Under the pieces are notes generated by a model that was not told where the DNA came from, made no database searches, and saw only the letters and a program-made list of their open reading frames with translations. Shown piece after piece: positions 9,639 to 21,036 of a stretch of 34,854 nt of DNA. This DNA comes from an uncultured candidate division Zixibacteria bacterium (lineage in GTDB: Bacteria; Zixibacteria; MSB-5A5; UBA10806), in contig CAWFQL010000021.1 in the NCBI GenBank assembly GCA_963817915.1, positions 1 through 34,854 of the forward strand, written 5' to 3'. The first letter of the stretch is position 1. Every line of letters starts with the position of its first letter. The translations under genes and the position numbers were made by a program.

Positions 9639-10593
9639 GGGTAAAAGCGAAACTGATATCATTACCACGCATAAGCTCATCTTAGGTGATGCAAGAAAAA
9701 TGCGGTATCTTGATGATGAATCAATTCATCTGGTTGTCACATCACCTCCTTACTGGACGCTGAAAAAGTATAACGATAATGACAATCAGCTTGGTCATGT
9801 CGCTGATTATGAAACCTTCGTTAATGAGCTATCTAAAGTATGGAGTGAAACTTATCGGGTATTGGTTCCTGGCGGGAGACTTGTTTGTGTCGTAGGCGAC
9901 GTATGCTTATCAAGAAAGGCTAATGGAAGACATTTAGTCATGCCTTTACATGCCGATATTGCCGTATCATGTAGAAAAATTGGTTTTGATAACCTAAATC
10001 CCATAATCTGGCATAAAATTTCTAATGCAAATTATGAAGTAAAAAATGGGACAAAATTCCTGGGCAAACCATATGAACCGAATGCAATTATAAAAAATGA
10101 TATTGAATTCATCTTAATGCAGAGAAAACCTGGGGGATATAGACAACCGTCTGAGCAACAGAGACAATTGAGCATGATAGAAAAAATAGAATACTCAGCA
10201 TGGTTCCAGCAATTTTGGAATATTAATGGAGCTTCAACAAAAAAACATCCAGCTCCATTTCCATTAGAAATTGCCTATCGTCTGGTGAGAATGTTTTCTT
10301 TTTATGAAGATACGGTGTTGGATCCTTTTTGCGGAACAGGGACAACGTCGTTGGCTGCAATGAAGACTAATCGCAACAGCATTGGAATAGAGATTGACCC
10401 AGAATATTGCAAAATGGCGATAAACAGGATTCGATCCGAAAATCAAAACATATTTTCAACTTCAAGAATTGATTTTCTTAAATCTATCGATGATGTCTGC
10501 AATAACCAAACTCTCGTAAGCATGGATGATAAAGATACTTCTGGGTCAAAAAGACAAATCAGAGAAGACGACTTCAAGCAGCTATTGCATTAA
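9631..10593 (+). CDS. Site-specific DNA methyltransferase, N4/N6 beta class
   Basis: Catalytic motif VTSPPY is N-terminal to HPAPFP and VLDPFCGTGTT (SAM binding). Start overlaps the endonuclease stop. Confidence 0.92.
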   Translation: MIKGKSETDIITTHKLILGDARKMRYLDDESIHLVVTSPPYWTLKKYNDNDNQLGHVADYETFVNELSKVWSETYRVLVPGGRLVCVVGDVCLSRKANGRHLVMPLHADIAVSCRKIGFDNLNPIIWHKISNANYEVKNGTKFLGKPYEPNAIIKNDIEFILMQRKPGGYRQPSEQQRQLSMIEKIEYSAWFQQFWNINGASTKKHPAPFPLEIAYRLVRMFSFYEDTVLDPFCGTGTTSLAAMKTNRNSIGIEIDPEYCKMAINRIRSENQNIFSTSRIDFLKSIDDVCNNQTLVSMDDKDTSGSKRQIREDDFKQLLH

Positions 10594-10599
10594 ATTCTA

Positions 10600-10882
10600 T
10601 TTGGATAACCAGTTTCTTTTACTGTATTATCCCCCTGTTCATATCCCCTTAATATCATGTGGAAAATCGATGATTTCATTGTGGGAAAAAGGTGGGGAAA
10701 AAGATGATTGTTGATAATCCCTATTTTATGTTGACACTTTAAATTTCTACTCCTATTTTTACACATGCCGTGAATAATCAATTCAGTCTTTTGCGGCAAC
10801 ATGTTAAGGGTCAAAAAACATGGTTTTCAACATGCCAACACCCCTTAGTATGATTATTAAAATAGATTAATTAAATACTAAG
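10600..10882. other. Probable chromosomal replication origin (oriC)
   Basis: Perfect TTWTNCACA boxes at 10658-10666 (-) and 10757-10765 (+). One-mismatch boxes at 10600, 10680, 10693, 10709, 10769 and 10824. Then CCCC, trio-like TTA GTA TGA TTA TTA and an AT-rich tract directly upstream of dnaN. Confidence 0.8.
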
Positions 10883-10932
10883 AAGGAATCAAGCAGCGCC
10901 TTCGGCACCTACGGAACCTTCAGGAGGACTAA

Positions 10933-12048
10933 ATGAAATTCAAAACTGATAGAGCAAATCTTCATCAAGCGGCGGCGAAATTGCTCAGTATTGTGCCGCC
11001 AAAAAGCACTCTGCCTATTCTTTCCAATATCCTGTTCGAGCTCAACGGCGGCGAGCTCGCCATGAAGGTTACCGATCTTGATGTCTCCATGACATGCACG
11101 ATAAAAGTGGATATGCAAAAATCCGGCTCGATAGCCGTGCCTGCCAAAGTATTCTATGAGATAGTTCGTGAATTACCGGACTTTGATCTCGAAGTTTCGA
11201 CATTCGAAAATCGCATGGAAATCAAATGCGGCTCAGGTATTTACAAAATGTCTGGTTTCTCGGCCGATGATTTTCCGAAAATGCCGGAAGTGCATATCGC
11301 TCGTCAGGTAAAAATCAGCGCATCTACCCTGACCCGCATGATCAAGAAGGTGCTTTTCGCAGTTTCGCGCGATGAGACCCGTCCGGCGCTAAATGGTGTT
11401 CTCTGGCAGACCACCGATGCCGGCCTCGTTATGGTCGCCACCGATGGCCACAGGCTATCTAAGGTCACCAGGGCGGACTTCAAAATAGGCGGCCACACCA
11501 AGGATATCATTGTGCCTCCAAAAGTGCTTGATAACCTCGTAAAGCTGATTGGCGATGCCAATGGCGAAGTCGGCGTAATAATCAATGAAAGCTCAATTGT
11601 ATTCTTAATGGCTGACTCGATTTTAACATCGCGCCTGCTCGAAGGTCCTTATCCGAATTACGAACAGGTTATCCCCAAGGACAATACCAAACGGGCGACT
11701 ATCGAGAAGGAAATCCTACAGGCATCGGTGAGACGAGTCGCGATACTTTCTAACTCACTGACTCATCAGGTGAAGTTTTCGCTCAAAGAGGATGAACTCG
11801 AGCTCTTGGCCACCAATTTCGATTTCGGCGGCGAAGCTAAGGAAGGTTTGAAGATTGGCTATAAGCATGAGCCAATGGAAATCGGCTATAACGCCTTATA
11901 TATTACCGATATCCTCAAACAATGCGATGGCGAAGAAGCGGTATTCGAACTCAATACAGCGACCACCGCGGCGATTATCAAGCCTGTAAAAAAGGAAGAA
12001 AGCGAAAGCTACTTTTTTCTGGTAATGCCATTGAGATTGCTCGATTGA
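10933..12048 (+). CDS. dnaN: DNA polymerase III beta clamp
   Basis: STLPILSNIL, TDLDVS, AVSRDETRPALNGV, VATDGHRLS, SRLLEGPYPNYEQVIP, LVMPLRL; RBS AGGAGG. Confidence 0.97.
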   Translation: MKFKTDRANLHQAAAKLLSIVPPKSTLPILSNILFELNGGELAMKVTDLDVSMTCTIKVDMQKSGSIAVPAKVFYEIVRELPDFDLEVSTFENRMEIKCGSGIYKMSGFSADDFPKMPEVHIARQVKISASTLTRMIKKVLFAVSRDETRPALNGVLWQTTDAGLVMVATDGHRLSKVTRADFKIGGHTKDIIVPPKVLDNLVKLIGDANGEVGVIINESSIVFLMADSILTSRLLEGPYPNYEQVIPKDNTKRATIEKEILQASVRRVAILSNSLTHQVKFSLKEDELELLATNFDFGGEAKEGLKIGYKHEPMEIGYNALYITDILKQCDGEEAVFELNTATTAAIIKPVKKEESESYFFLVMPLRLLD

Positions 12049-12070
12049 TTCAAGGCGAAAGCCTGTTTGA

Positions 12071-13171
12071 ATGATTATCGAACGAATCGCCATAAAAAAT
12101 TTCCGCAATATAGGTGATGCCAGCATCGGCCCAGTATCGTCGGGGCTTAATCTTTTTCTCGGCCCCAACGGTTCCGGCAAGACCAATATCCTCGAAGCCG
12201 TAGGCCTGGCGTCATTGTCCAAATCATGCCGCGGCGCGCTCGATTCCGAAATGGTGAAATTCGGAGCCCAGGCGGCGATTGTGGAAATCGACGGGTTAGT
12301 TCAAAAAAAAAAGTTAATATAAAATTCTCCATATCCAAGGCCGGCAAGAAACGGATCGTGGGAGCGTTCGGCAAGGCTCTGCGGGTCTCCGATGCTGTCG
12401 GCACATTCGCGATGGTGTTTATACTTGCCCGAAGATATCAACATTACATCGGGATCGGCCAGGTATCATCGAAGCTTTCTCGATATTTATCTATCGCAAT
12501 TTTCCAAAAAATACCTGCTTGATCTGATCGAATATCAGAAAATCCTCAAGCAGCGCAACGCTCTTCTCAAAAAACTGAAAAAAGAAAAAGATAAGGACGG
12601 GCTTCATCATCTTGATGTCTGGGATGAATCGCTGGTCAAGCCGGCGTTGAAGGTAATGGCGGCGCGCCGGGAATTTGTCGATCAAATTAAGCCGAGAGTT
12701 AAGGAGATTTCAACGGTGCTTTCGAATTCGCAGGATATAGTCGAGATAGTTTATCATCCCAGGATGGAAATTACTGATTATGTGGATCCAAAAGGTATAC
12801 TCGATATTTTACGCAAGGAGCGAAGTCGCGATATTATCATGGGAGTCACCATGCTTGGCCCTCATCGCGATGTAATGGATATTTCAATTGGCGGTGAGCC
12901 ATTGCGGCCATATGGGTCATTGGGGCAGAAGAAGACCGTGATGATTGCCATGAAGTTAGCGGCATTGGAGATAATCTCGGAACAATTGAAAGAGCCTGCA
13001 ATTTTAATATTAGACGAGGCGTTCGCGCAGCTCGACCCGAAAAGGTCCAACGCGCTTTTGGGCTTGCTTTCGAGATTCGGACAGGTATTTTTAGCCAGCG
13101 CATCCGAGCAAAACCTCAATCAAGACGTAAAAGCGTATGAGGTCTTGGCCGGTAAAGTCAAAGAAAGGTAG
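12071..13171 (+). CDS. recF: DNA replication/repair protein RecF (apparent indels near the A10 run at 12303-12312 and near 12420)
   Basis: NFRN, GPNGSGKTNILEA Walker A, QRNALLK, GPHRD, GSLGQKK, ILILDE...LD; follows dnaN. Confidence 0.92.
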
Positions 13172-13179
13172 AATTAGCG

Positions 13180-13945
13180 ATGTTTCTGGCGATTGATATT
13201 GGTAATACCACAACGATGATTGGATTTTTCAGAGGCGATGAGCTTAAGGGCAGCTTCAGGGTAGCGTCATCACACGCAGTAACAGCCGATGAATGCGGCA
13301 TAATGATCTATCAGCTGCTGCAATTTCACGCGGGCAAGGATAAGGCTGTCCGCAAGATCGCGATATCATCGGTTGTTCCGACCCTAACTCAGATTTATGT
13401 CTCGATGGCATTGAAATATTTCAAGCTCGAGCCGGAAATTTTGACACATCGTACCGAATTAGGATTTAAAAATCTATATACTGATCCTCGCCAAGTGGGC
13501 GCTGATCGTCTGGCCAATACCGCCGCCGCCCGCAAGCTTTACGGCTACCCCGCGATCGTGATCGATCTCGGCACCGCCACGACATTCGATGTCATCAATT
13601 CGCTCGGCGATTACGCTGGAGGAATTATCGCGCCCGGCGTCTGGACTTCGGCCTCGAATCTATTCAAGAAAGGCATCGCGGCTTTTCCCGGTCAAACTCG
13701 AACCGCCCGATAAATTAGTCGGAACCGACACCGCAAATTCGATAAAATCCGGAATCTATTACGGGGCAATCGATCAGATCGACGGCCTTGTCGAGCGGAT
13801 TAAAAAGGAGAACGGCAAACTGAATTTCAAGGTTATCGGTACGGGCGGATATGCCGATATATTTGCCAAGGAATCGAAGACGATTCAGCAGGTCGACCAG
13901 GGACTGACATTGAAGGGCTTGCAGATTATTTTCGATGGCGAATAA
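13180..13945 (+). CDS. coaX: Type III pantothenate kinase (one apparent indel near 13675)
   Basis: LAIDIGNT, ISSVVP, VGADRLAN, VIDLGTATTFD, GGIIAPG, then GTDTANSIKSGI, IGTGG, LTLKGL in the second frame. Confidence 0.93.
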
Positions 13946-14033
13946 GAAAAATACCTTGATACAATGCGCCTTTTTGCTTACCTTGTTCAAAGCAGATCTT
14001 CGAACAGCAGGAAAATTAGGAGGACAGGAATAG

Positions 14034-14558
14034 ATGAAAGTTGACCAGCAGAAAGTAGATAGAAGCTCCTGGGATGAAATCTCCATTGACGGCTGGTTTA
14101 AGGCTATGATTCCGCCAAATTGGGAGGTCGATGATACCGAAGGCGAAGTTATTATCTTCAATCCCGATGGCTTCGGCGAATTGAGCGTAAATTTCATGGA
14201 AAAAAGTATCGATGGCAGTAAAAAGGATGCCGCGCAGGAGATTATTTCCGAATGGGCCGAGCAATTGGAACAGAGTATGCCTTACGAGGTCTCCATAGAC
14301 AAGCGAAACAAAGATGTCCTGGTGATGTCCGCGGAATTTATCGCCGAAGAACCTGAAGGTGAGATTGAATTCTGGCGGATATTCGGTATTGTGGGCAAGA
14401 AAAAAGCTCTGGACGCCAGTTATAGTTGTCCGGTGGAAGATCGCGACCGCGAAGAGTCATTGCTTGATGGGATTGTCGATTCGATTCAGTTGGAAGAGCC
14501 GCCCATGATCGGCAATGGCAACGATGAAAACGCCGATTCAGAAAAACATGAAGTATAA
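14034..14558 (+). CDS. Acidic hypothetical protein, possibly DUF3805/PsbP-like fold
   Basis: RBS AGGAGG/AGGA, 174 aa. The WFKAMIPPNWE...IFNPDGFGELSV segment resembles this class (recalled resemblance only). Confidence 0.65.
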   Translation: MKVDQQKVDRSSWDEISIDGWFKAMIPPNWEVDDTEGEVIIFNPDGFGELSVNFMEKSIDGSKKDAAQEIISEWAEQLEQSMPYEVSIDKRNKDVLVMSAEFIAEEPEGEIEFWRIFGIVGKKKALDASYSCPVEDRDREESLLDGIVDSIQLEEPPMIGNGNDENADSEKHEV

Positions 14559-14581
14559 ATTATAATTTAGAATAATAATGT

Positions 14582-14612
14582 AAAAAGCGGCGATGACAAT
14601 CGTCGCTTTTTT
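14582..14612. terminator. Bidirectional intrinsic terminator between convergent genes
   Basis: A5-GCGGCGAT-gaca-ATCGTCGC-T run. Confidence 0.75.
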
Positions 14613-14694
14613 TATTTGTCTGCAAATGAAATTACAGGCTGGCAGTGGCTTGCTTCCACGGACATCCATTGTCGGGGAAAGCTTGAGAGGCAAA

Positions 14695-14727
14695 GCATGC
14701 TTATCCGCCTGCGGCGGACAAGCATGC
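14695..14727. repeat. Nested palindrome with TCCGCCTGCGGCGGA core
   Basis: GCATGCTT-a-TCCGCC-tgc-GGCGGA-c-AAGCATGC. The same 15-nt core recurs at 15339-15353. Confidence 0.75.
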
Positions 14728-14759
14728 CACCCAACACTTTTTATTTATCATATAAATAT

Positions 14760-15143
14760 TTACAGGCACAGCGGCCAGGGCTGTGGGAATGCCATTATCA
14801 TAAAGACCGCGCCGAGCAGCGCCATATTCTTCATGAAATTGACCCTCTCGCCCATCTTCATCATGGGATCGTCGATTTTCCAGTAATTATGCATCACCAT
14901 AGATACAGGCAAAAGGAATATGATAAGACAAATTTCACCTAGCAGGACGAATCTGCCGGCAATCATGGTCAGCCCACCAACCAAAAGCAATAATCCCGTA
15001 AATGGCACCGCCAGAGTTGGCGCTGTAACGCCCTTTGACTTGGCATAGCCAGACATCATTTTCAATTTCATAAAGTGATTAAGCCCGTTAAAGGCGAAAA
15101 ACCCCCCGAAAATAATCCTGCCTATCAAAAATAACGCTTCCAT
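14760..15143 (-). CDS. DoxX family membrane protein
   Basis: LIGRIIFGGFF..GLNHF, AKSKGV.AP, MHNYW, NFMKNMALLGA; four hydrophobic segments; RBS AAGGAG. Confidence 0.88.
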   Translation of the reverse strand: MEALFLIGRIIFGGFFAFNGLNHFMKLKMMSGYAKSKGVTAPTLAVPFTGLLLLVGGLTMIAGRFVLLGEICLIIFLLPVSMVMHNYWKIDDPMMKMGERVNFMKNMALLGAVFMIMAFPQPWPLCL

Positions 15144-15276
15144 TGAAAATTCTCCTTTCTAAAACTACAGTATATCAATAATCACCACGACCCATCTTGT
15201 GGGTTCCGATGTCTATTAAGTATTGCAGGATTATCATGCGCCAAGCGGGCTATTCTGTCAAGCCAAGAAAGGCCGC

Positions 15277-15370
15277 GTAGGTCCGAACCCCAGTGGTCCG
15301 GACACTTTGTCTTCGTTTCGAACATATCGGCGGAACCGTCCGCCTGCGGCGGATTCCCCCCTACGGTTCC
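15277..15370. repeat. Inverted pair of GTAG-headed REP-like hairpins
   Basis: GTAG-GTCCGAACC-ccagt-GGTCCGGAC (15277-15303, +) faces a minus-strand GTAG (CTAC at 15361-15364) whose structure contains the TCCGCCTGCGGCGGA core. Confidence 0.65.
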
Positions 15371-15409
15371 ATGTCACTCCTATAGATTTTATTGTCAACC
15401 AAAATGGTC

Positions 15410-15438
15410 TTGACAGGGCAGGCCTGCCCATATATTTT
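15410..15438 (+). promoter_or_regulatory. Sigma70-type promoter of groESL
   Basis: TTGACA-N17-TATTTT, 11 nt upstream of CIRCE. Confidence 0.75.
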
Positions 15439-15449
15439 GCTGAAACAAA

Positions 15450-15476
15450 TTAGCACTCTACCAGTAAGAGTGCTAA
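15450..15476. promoter_or_regulatory. CIRCE element (HrcA operator)
   Basis: Perfect TTAGCACTC-N9-GAGTGCTAA upstream of groES. Confidence 0.97.
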
Positions 15477-15585
15477 TGAAAAAAATAACTCTAAGATTTG
15501 CATCAATTATAGGGGTTAGAAAGTAAAGCCCCTTAAGCAAATAAATAAAAAACAAAAAAAGAAGGCAATAGAAGGAGGAATGAGT

Positions 15586-17546
<1,961 letters not shown>

Positions 17547-17577
17547 GAGATAAGTTAGAATAGTTCGCTGATTATCT

Positions 17578-17662
17578 GTAGGGGTTTGATTTATCAAACC
17601 CGCCTACGCAAAATCACGGATGTCATTGTAGGGGCTCGAAATTTCGAGCCCCTATTTTTTTT
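17578..17662 (+). terminator. Two GTAG-headed hairpins after groEL; the second, with a T tract, is the probable terminator
   Basis: GTAG-GGGTTTGAT-tt-ATCAAACCC (17578-17601) and the perfect palindrome TAGGGGCTCGAAATTTCGAGCCCCTA (17629-17654) followed by T8. Confidence 0.8.
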
Positions 17663-17722
17663 CCTGCGAGTCACGTCTTGACGTGCCCGCATCTTGGCAA
17701 CGTTCGCGGTCAGCGTCTATTC
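17659..17722 (+). repeat. Direct repeat copy 1 (about 60 bp, hairpin-containing); copy 2 at 21037-21100
   Basis: CCTGCGAGTCACGtCTTGaCGTGcCCGCATCTTGGCA versus CCTGCGAGTCACGgCTTGcCGTGaCCGCATCTTGGCA. Confidence 0.85.
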
Positions 17723-17826
17723 CCTACACAAATATGGGGCTACCCAAATTGCGATTTTAATGTTGACATTATTCATTAATATATTAATATAATGACAGAG
17801 ATATTGAAATCTAACAAGGAGACCTT

Positions 17827-19455
17827 ATGAAAAATCTATTTTTCACGGCGCTCATTGTATTTATTATAAGTACTGCGGCTTTCGGCCAGGTTGACACATT
17901 AGCCTTATCGCAGATCGCCGATATTAGTCTGCCTAATACAATTTCAAATCTATATACTCAGGATCTGAACGGCGACAGCCTTAAAGAGATAATTCTAACA
18001 ACAGCCAATGAAATTTATGTTTATAATCCAAGCGGGGACAATCTTATCTGGTCGAGCCCGACGCTTTCCAATCCCCGCGATCTCCAATTTGCGGACCTTA
18101 ATGCTGATGGATTAGTTGATATTGCAGTGCGAGATAGCTCTTATCTGCATCTATACGATCCCCATCATTCTACCACGATGTGGACCAGCCCGTTATTGGA
18201 TAGCACTTTCGCTTGTTATGCCGTAGGGCAAAGGAACGACGATCAATATTATGACGTGGGAATCATAAGAAGGATGCCACATATTCCGGATTCTGATTAT
18301 GATACGGTTCGAGTATTGCTATATGATGGGCCGTCTTTTTCCCCTGACGAGTCGTTTGAAGTTATGATGGGAGATAGCAATTGGTCTGACTACCCAGAAA
18401 GTTATGGCTGGGAGCGCGAAGGCCAGGCAAAGATGCTATTTGACCTGATTTCCTATTGGGGAGTGCCTACCAGGGTCATCACAATTGCTACAACTACATA
18501 TTCCTTTTCCTATTTCCGTGGAGGGGCGTATTCCTGGCATAATTCGGGAAGACTTTGGTTTATTGATTCTCAGTCATTGATCCTTTTAAATGTAACGGAG
18601 TCAGGAAGTCCCCTAAACACATTTGTAAAAGAGCAGGAACCCAGGACCCTTGTTAGTATGATATCTTTGGATGAATGGCATGGTCGTGGGTTTTCTTACA
18701 ATTATTATTTTCGGCAGTTTGCGGTCGAAGGTCAAATAACTTCAAATAAATTGTGGATGGGGACGGACTTTATCTATCCTGATTATCTCAAGGGGATAGT
18801 TTTAGGAGAAATTGTGCCTTCCAATGGTGATGAGATCTGCTATGGAAATGCTGATTCACTCCATCTTGCCTCTACTCAGGATTCTATAAGAATTTGGGAG
18901 GTAGGCGGAATAACGGGGCTAGATACGGTCAAAGCGATTTATAATTCTTCAGCATTGTTTTCCGAGTCGCAGATATTGGTTCATGTCGGAGCTCCATCTA
19001 ATCATTATCGACTTTATAGGGGTTCCAATGGCTCACTCAGCGCGATTTTATCTCCAGGAAATATAAGCATCAGCAAAGTTGCCGATCTCAATCACGATGG
19101 CAATGATGAAATACTTTCGGTAAACCAAGGTCATCTTACGATTTATTCTCTGGTAGAGCAGACTTCCCTTAATGAAAAACCAATCTCTCCCCGCATGTTT
19201 TTCCTTGGCTCAAACTATCCTAATCCATTCAACAGTTCCACATCAATTGAGTTTGGATTATCGAACGAGGGCTATGTCCAATTGGCAATCTATAATCTCA
19301 TCGGCCAGAAGGTTGCCACGCTAATCGATGGCAATTTGTCTGCTGGAATTCATGATATAACCTGGAATGCAGATGAGCAATCATCCGGGATATATTTTTA
19401 CACATTAAGGGCAGAGAGCTCAATACATACGAAGAAAATGATTTTGCTAAAATAG
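17827..19455 (+). CDS. Secreted FG-GAP/VCBS-like repeat protein with C-terminal T9SS-type-A/FlgD-Ig sorting domain
   Basis: Signal peptide; DLNGDSLKEII, ADLNADGLVDI, ADLNHDGNDEIL; NYPNPFNSSTSIEF...IYNLIGQKVATL...SSGIYFY...KKMILLK. Confidence 0.88.
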   Translation: MKNLFFTALIVFIISTAAFGQVDTLALSQIADISLPNTISNLYTQDLNGDSLKEIILTTANEIYVYNPSGDNLIWSSPTLSNPRDLQFADLNADGLVDIAVRDSSYLHLYDPHHSTTMWTSPLLDSTFACYAVGQRNDDQYYDVGIIRRMPHIPDSDYDTVRVLLYDGPSFSPDESFEVMMGDSNWSDYPESYGWEREGQAKMLFDLISYWGVPTRVITIATTTYSFSYFRGGAYSWHNSGRLWFIDSQSLILLNVTESGSPLNTFVKEQEPRTLVSMISLDEWHGRGFSYNYYFRQFAVEGQITSNKLWMGTDFIYPDYLKGIVLGEIVPSNGDEICYGNADSLHLASTQDSIRIWEVGGITGLDTVKAIYNSSALFSESQILVHVGAPSNHYRLYRGSNGSLSAILSPGNISISKVADLNHDGNDEILSVNQGHLTIYSLVEQTSLNEKPISPRMFFLGSNYPNPFNSSTSIEFGLSNEGYVQLAIYNLIGQKVATLIDGNLSAGIHDITWNADEQSSGIYFYTLRAESSIHTKKMILLK

Positions 19456-19495
19456 CGACATAAGATTTTTGCTTGGCAGGCAGTAATTGCCTTAA

Positions 19496-19527
19496 AAAAG
19501 GGCGGCTCTATTCGTGGCCGCCCTTTT
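19496..19527 (+). terminator. Intrinsic terminator
   Basis: AAAAGGGCGGC-N10-GCCGCCCTTTT. Confidence 0.8.
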
Positions 19528-19895
19528 ACATTTCCAATGCGAAATGACCCATACATCACTATCGGTAATGACAAAATTTCACGTGAGTTTTGGCGACAAA
19601 GCCCCGCCGATATTCGCCATATCCTATCGATAACCACTCGCATTATCGTAAGTCACCGAGCTTCATGGAGTTAACTGTCGGCTAAGCCTGTTTCGGCCAT
19701 GTTTATTGCAGTCTATAGTGTTCGATAGGAGGAGTTTCTATCTAAGTGATTGAGATTAGATGGGATTACGATAGGAAATTTCCCAAAAATATGAAAACTT
19801 TTTCACAAAAACGGAAACTATAGTCATTTTTCCATTAAAGAGGAGATATCAACAATTTAGCCATTAAATTAAAAACCCAAACAAAAGGAAAAAAC

Positions 19896-20981
19896 ATGAA
19901 AAAACTCGGAATCGTCTTTTGGCTTTTGGCGGCCTCGGCATTGCTGATCACAAGCTGCCAAAAACAGCCCAATATTATGGAGCCGCAAGATTCAACTAAT
20001 CCGAATCTCAATGGTTCTTATTCGATTACTTTGCCGCCGGGAGCAACCCTGCAGTCGGCAACCCTATCTGTTTTTGTTAATTCACCAAGCGGCGCGACTG
20101 TCAATGTCCACAGGATTACACAGCCCTGGGATGAAATGGTCGTGACGTGGAACAGCTTCGGAGGCAGTTTCGACCCCGCCATCGTGGGATCGTTTATGCC
20201 GAATGCCGCAGATTGGCGTTCTGTAGACGTAACATCGCTGGTGCAGGGCTGGCTCAACGGCTCTTACCCCGATTATGGCTTCCTGCTCGAACAGGGTCAG
20301 ACCGAATATACCAATTATTATAGCAGCGATTTTCCGGTAGTCAGCATGAGACCGAAACTTGAAATCTGTTACAATATGCCGAGCGGCACTGTTTGTGAAA
20401 CATTCCAGAGAGGGCTTTTAGGAACGGTTAGCGATACTTATATCTGGCAATTGAATCCTGATGAGAATTTCGGAGCGTCTGAATTATTCTACACCGGGCT
20501 TGTAAGCGGTTTTGAGAAAATGTCCCTTCTCAAGTTCGAATATACTCCTCCTCCGCAGGAAGGCTGCACCCGTACAATCGGTTATTGGAAGACCCATGCC
20601 GGTTTCGGCAAAGGCAATCAGGGAGATATGGTAACAGCATTGTTGCCAGTTTGGCTTGGAACGGCTGGCGGAACAAAGAGCATTAATGTAACCACAGCCC
20701 TGATCGCTTATAACTTACTTACTCAGAAAGTCTATGGCGATCCGTCTAATGGCATCACCAAACTTTATTCCCAGCTATTGGGCGCTAAGCTAAATATTGC
20801 CAGTGGCACCGGCCACTCGGATATCGATGTCGTCATTGCGGCGGCCGATCCGTTCCTGGCAACTCATAATTGGAATGATTGGGCTGGATTGAGCCCGGCT
20901 GACCAGCAGATGGTGTTGCTATGGCAGAATCAGCTCGATTCCTACAATAACGGCTTAGTCGGCCCTGTTCACTGCCAATAG
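19896..20981 (+). CDS. Lipoprotein with DNRLRE-like domain(s)
   Basis: Lipobox LLITSC; LPPGATLQSATLSV...VHRITQPWDE..VTWN...DVTSLVQGW..G...YGFLL...RPKLEI; C-terminal GCTRTIGYWKTH domain. Confidence 0.8.
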   Translation: MKKLGIVFWLLAASALLITSCQKQPNIMEPQDSTNPNLNGSYSITLPPGATLQSATLSVFVNSPSGATVNVHRITQPWDEMVVTWNSFGGSFDPAIVGSFMPNAADWRSVDVTSLVQGWLNGSYPDYGFLLEQGQTEYTNYYSSDFPVVSMRPKLEICYNMPSGTVCETFQRGLLGTVSDTYIWQLNPDENFGASELFYTGLVSGFEKMSLLKFEYTPPPQEGCTRTIGYWKTHAGFGKGNQGDMVTALLPVWLGTAGGTKSINVTTALIAYNLLTQKVYGDPSNGITKLYSQLLGAKLNIASGTGHSDIDVVIAAADPFLATHNWNDWAGLSPADQQMVLLWQNQLDSYNNGLVGPVHCQ

Positions 20982-21005
20982 ATATCGTGAACTAGATTAA
21001 GTCAA

Positions 21006-21035
21006 AAAAGGCGGCTCCATCCGGTGCCGCCTTTT
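21006..21035. terminator. Intrinsic terminator, probably bidirectional
   Basis: AAAAGGCGGC-N10-GCCGCCTTTT between convergent genes. Confidence 0.8.
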
Positions 21036-21036
21036 G

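Noticed and set aside
12071..13945. Frameshifts in recF and coaX as pseudogenisation or programmed frameshifting
   Set aside because: Single-base indels occur throughout the window, some in homopolymers, while the catalytic motifs are intact. Sequencing error is the simpler explanation.
19645..19770. Sigma54 promoter (CGGCCATGTTTATTGCA) with IHF-like sites upstream of the lipoprotein
   Set aside because: GG to GC spacing is 11 rather than 10. It would fit only if one C is an insertion error, so it is not supported as written.
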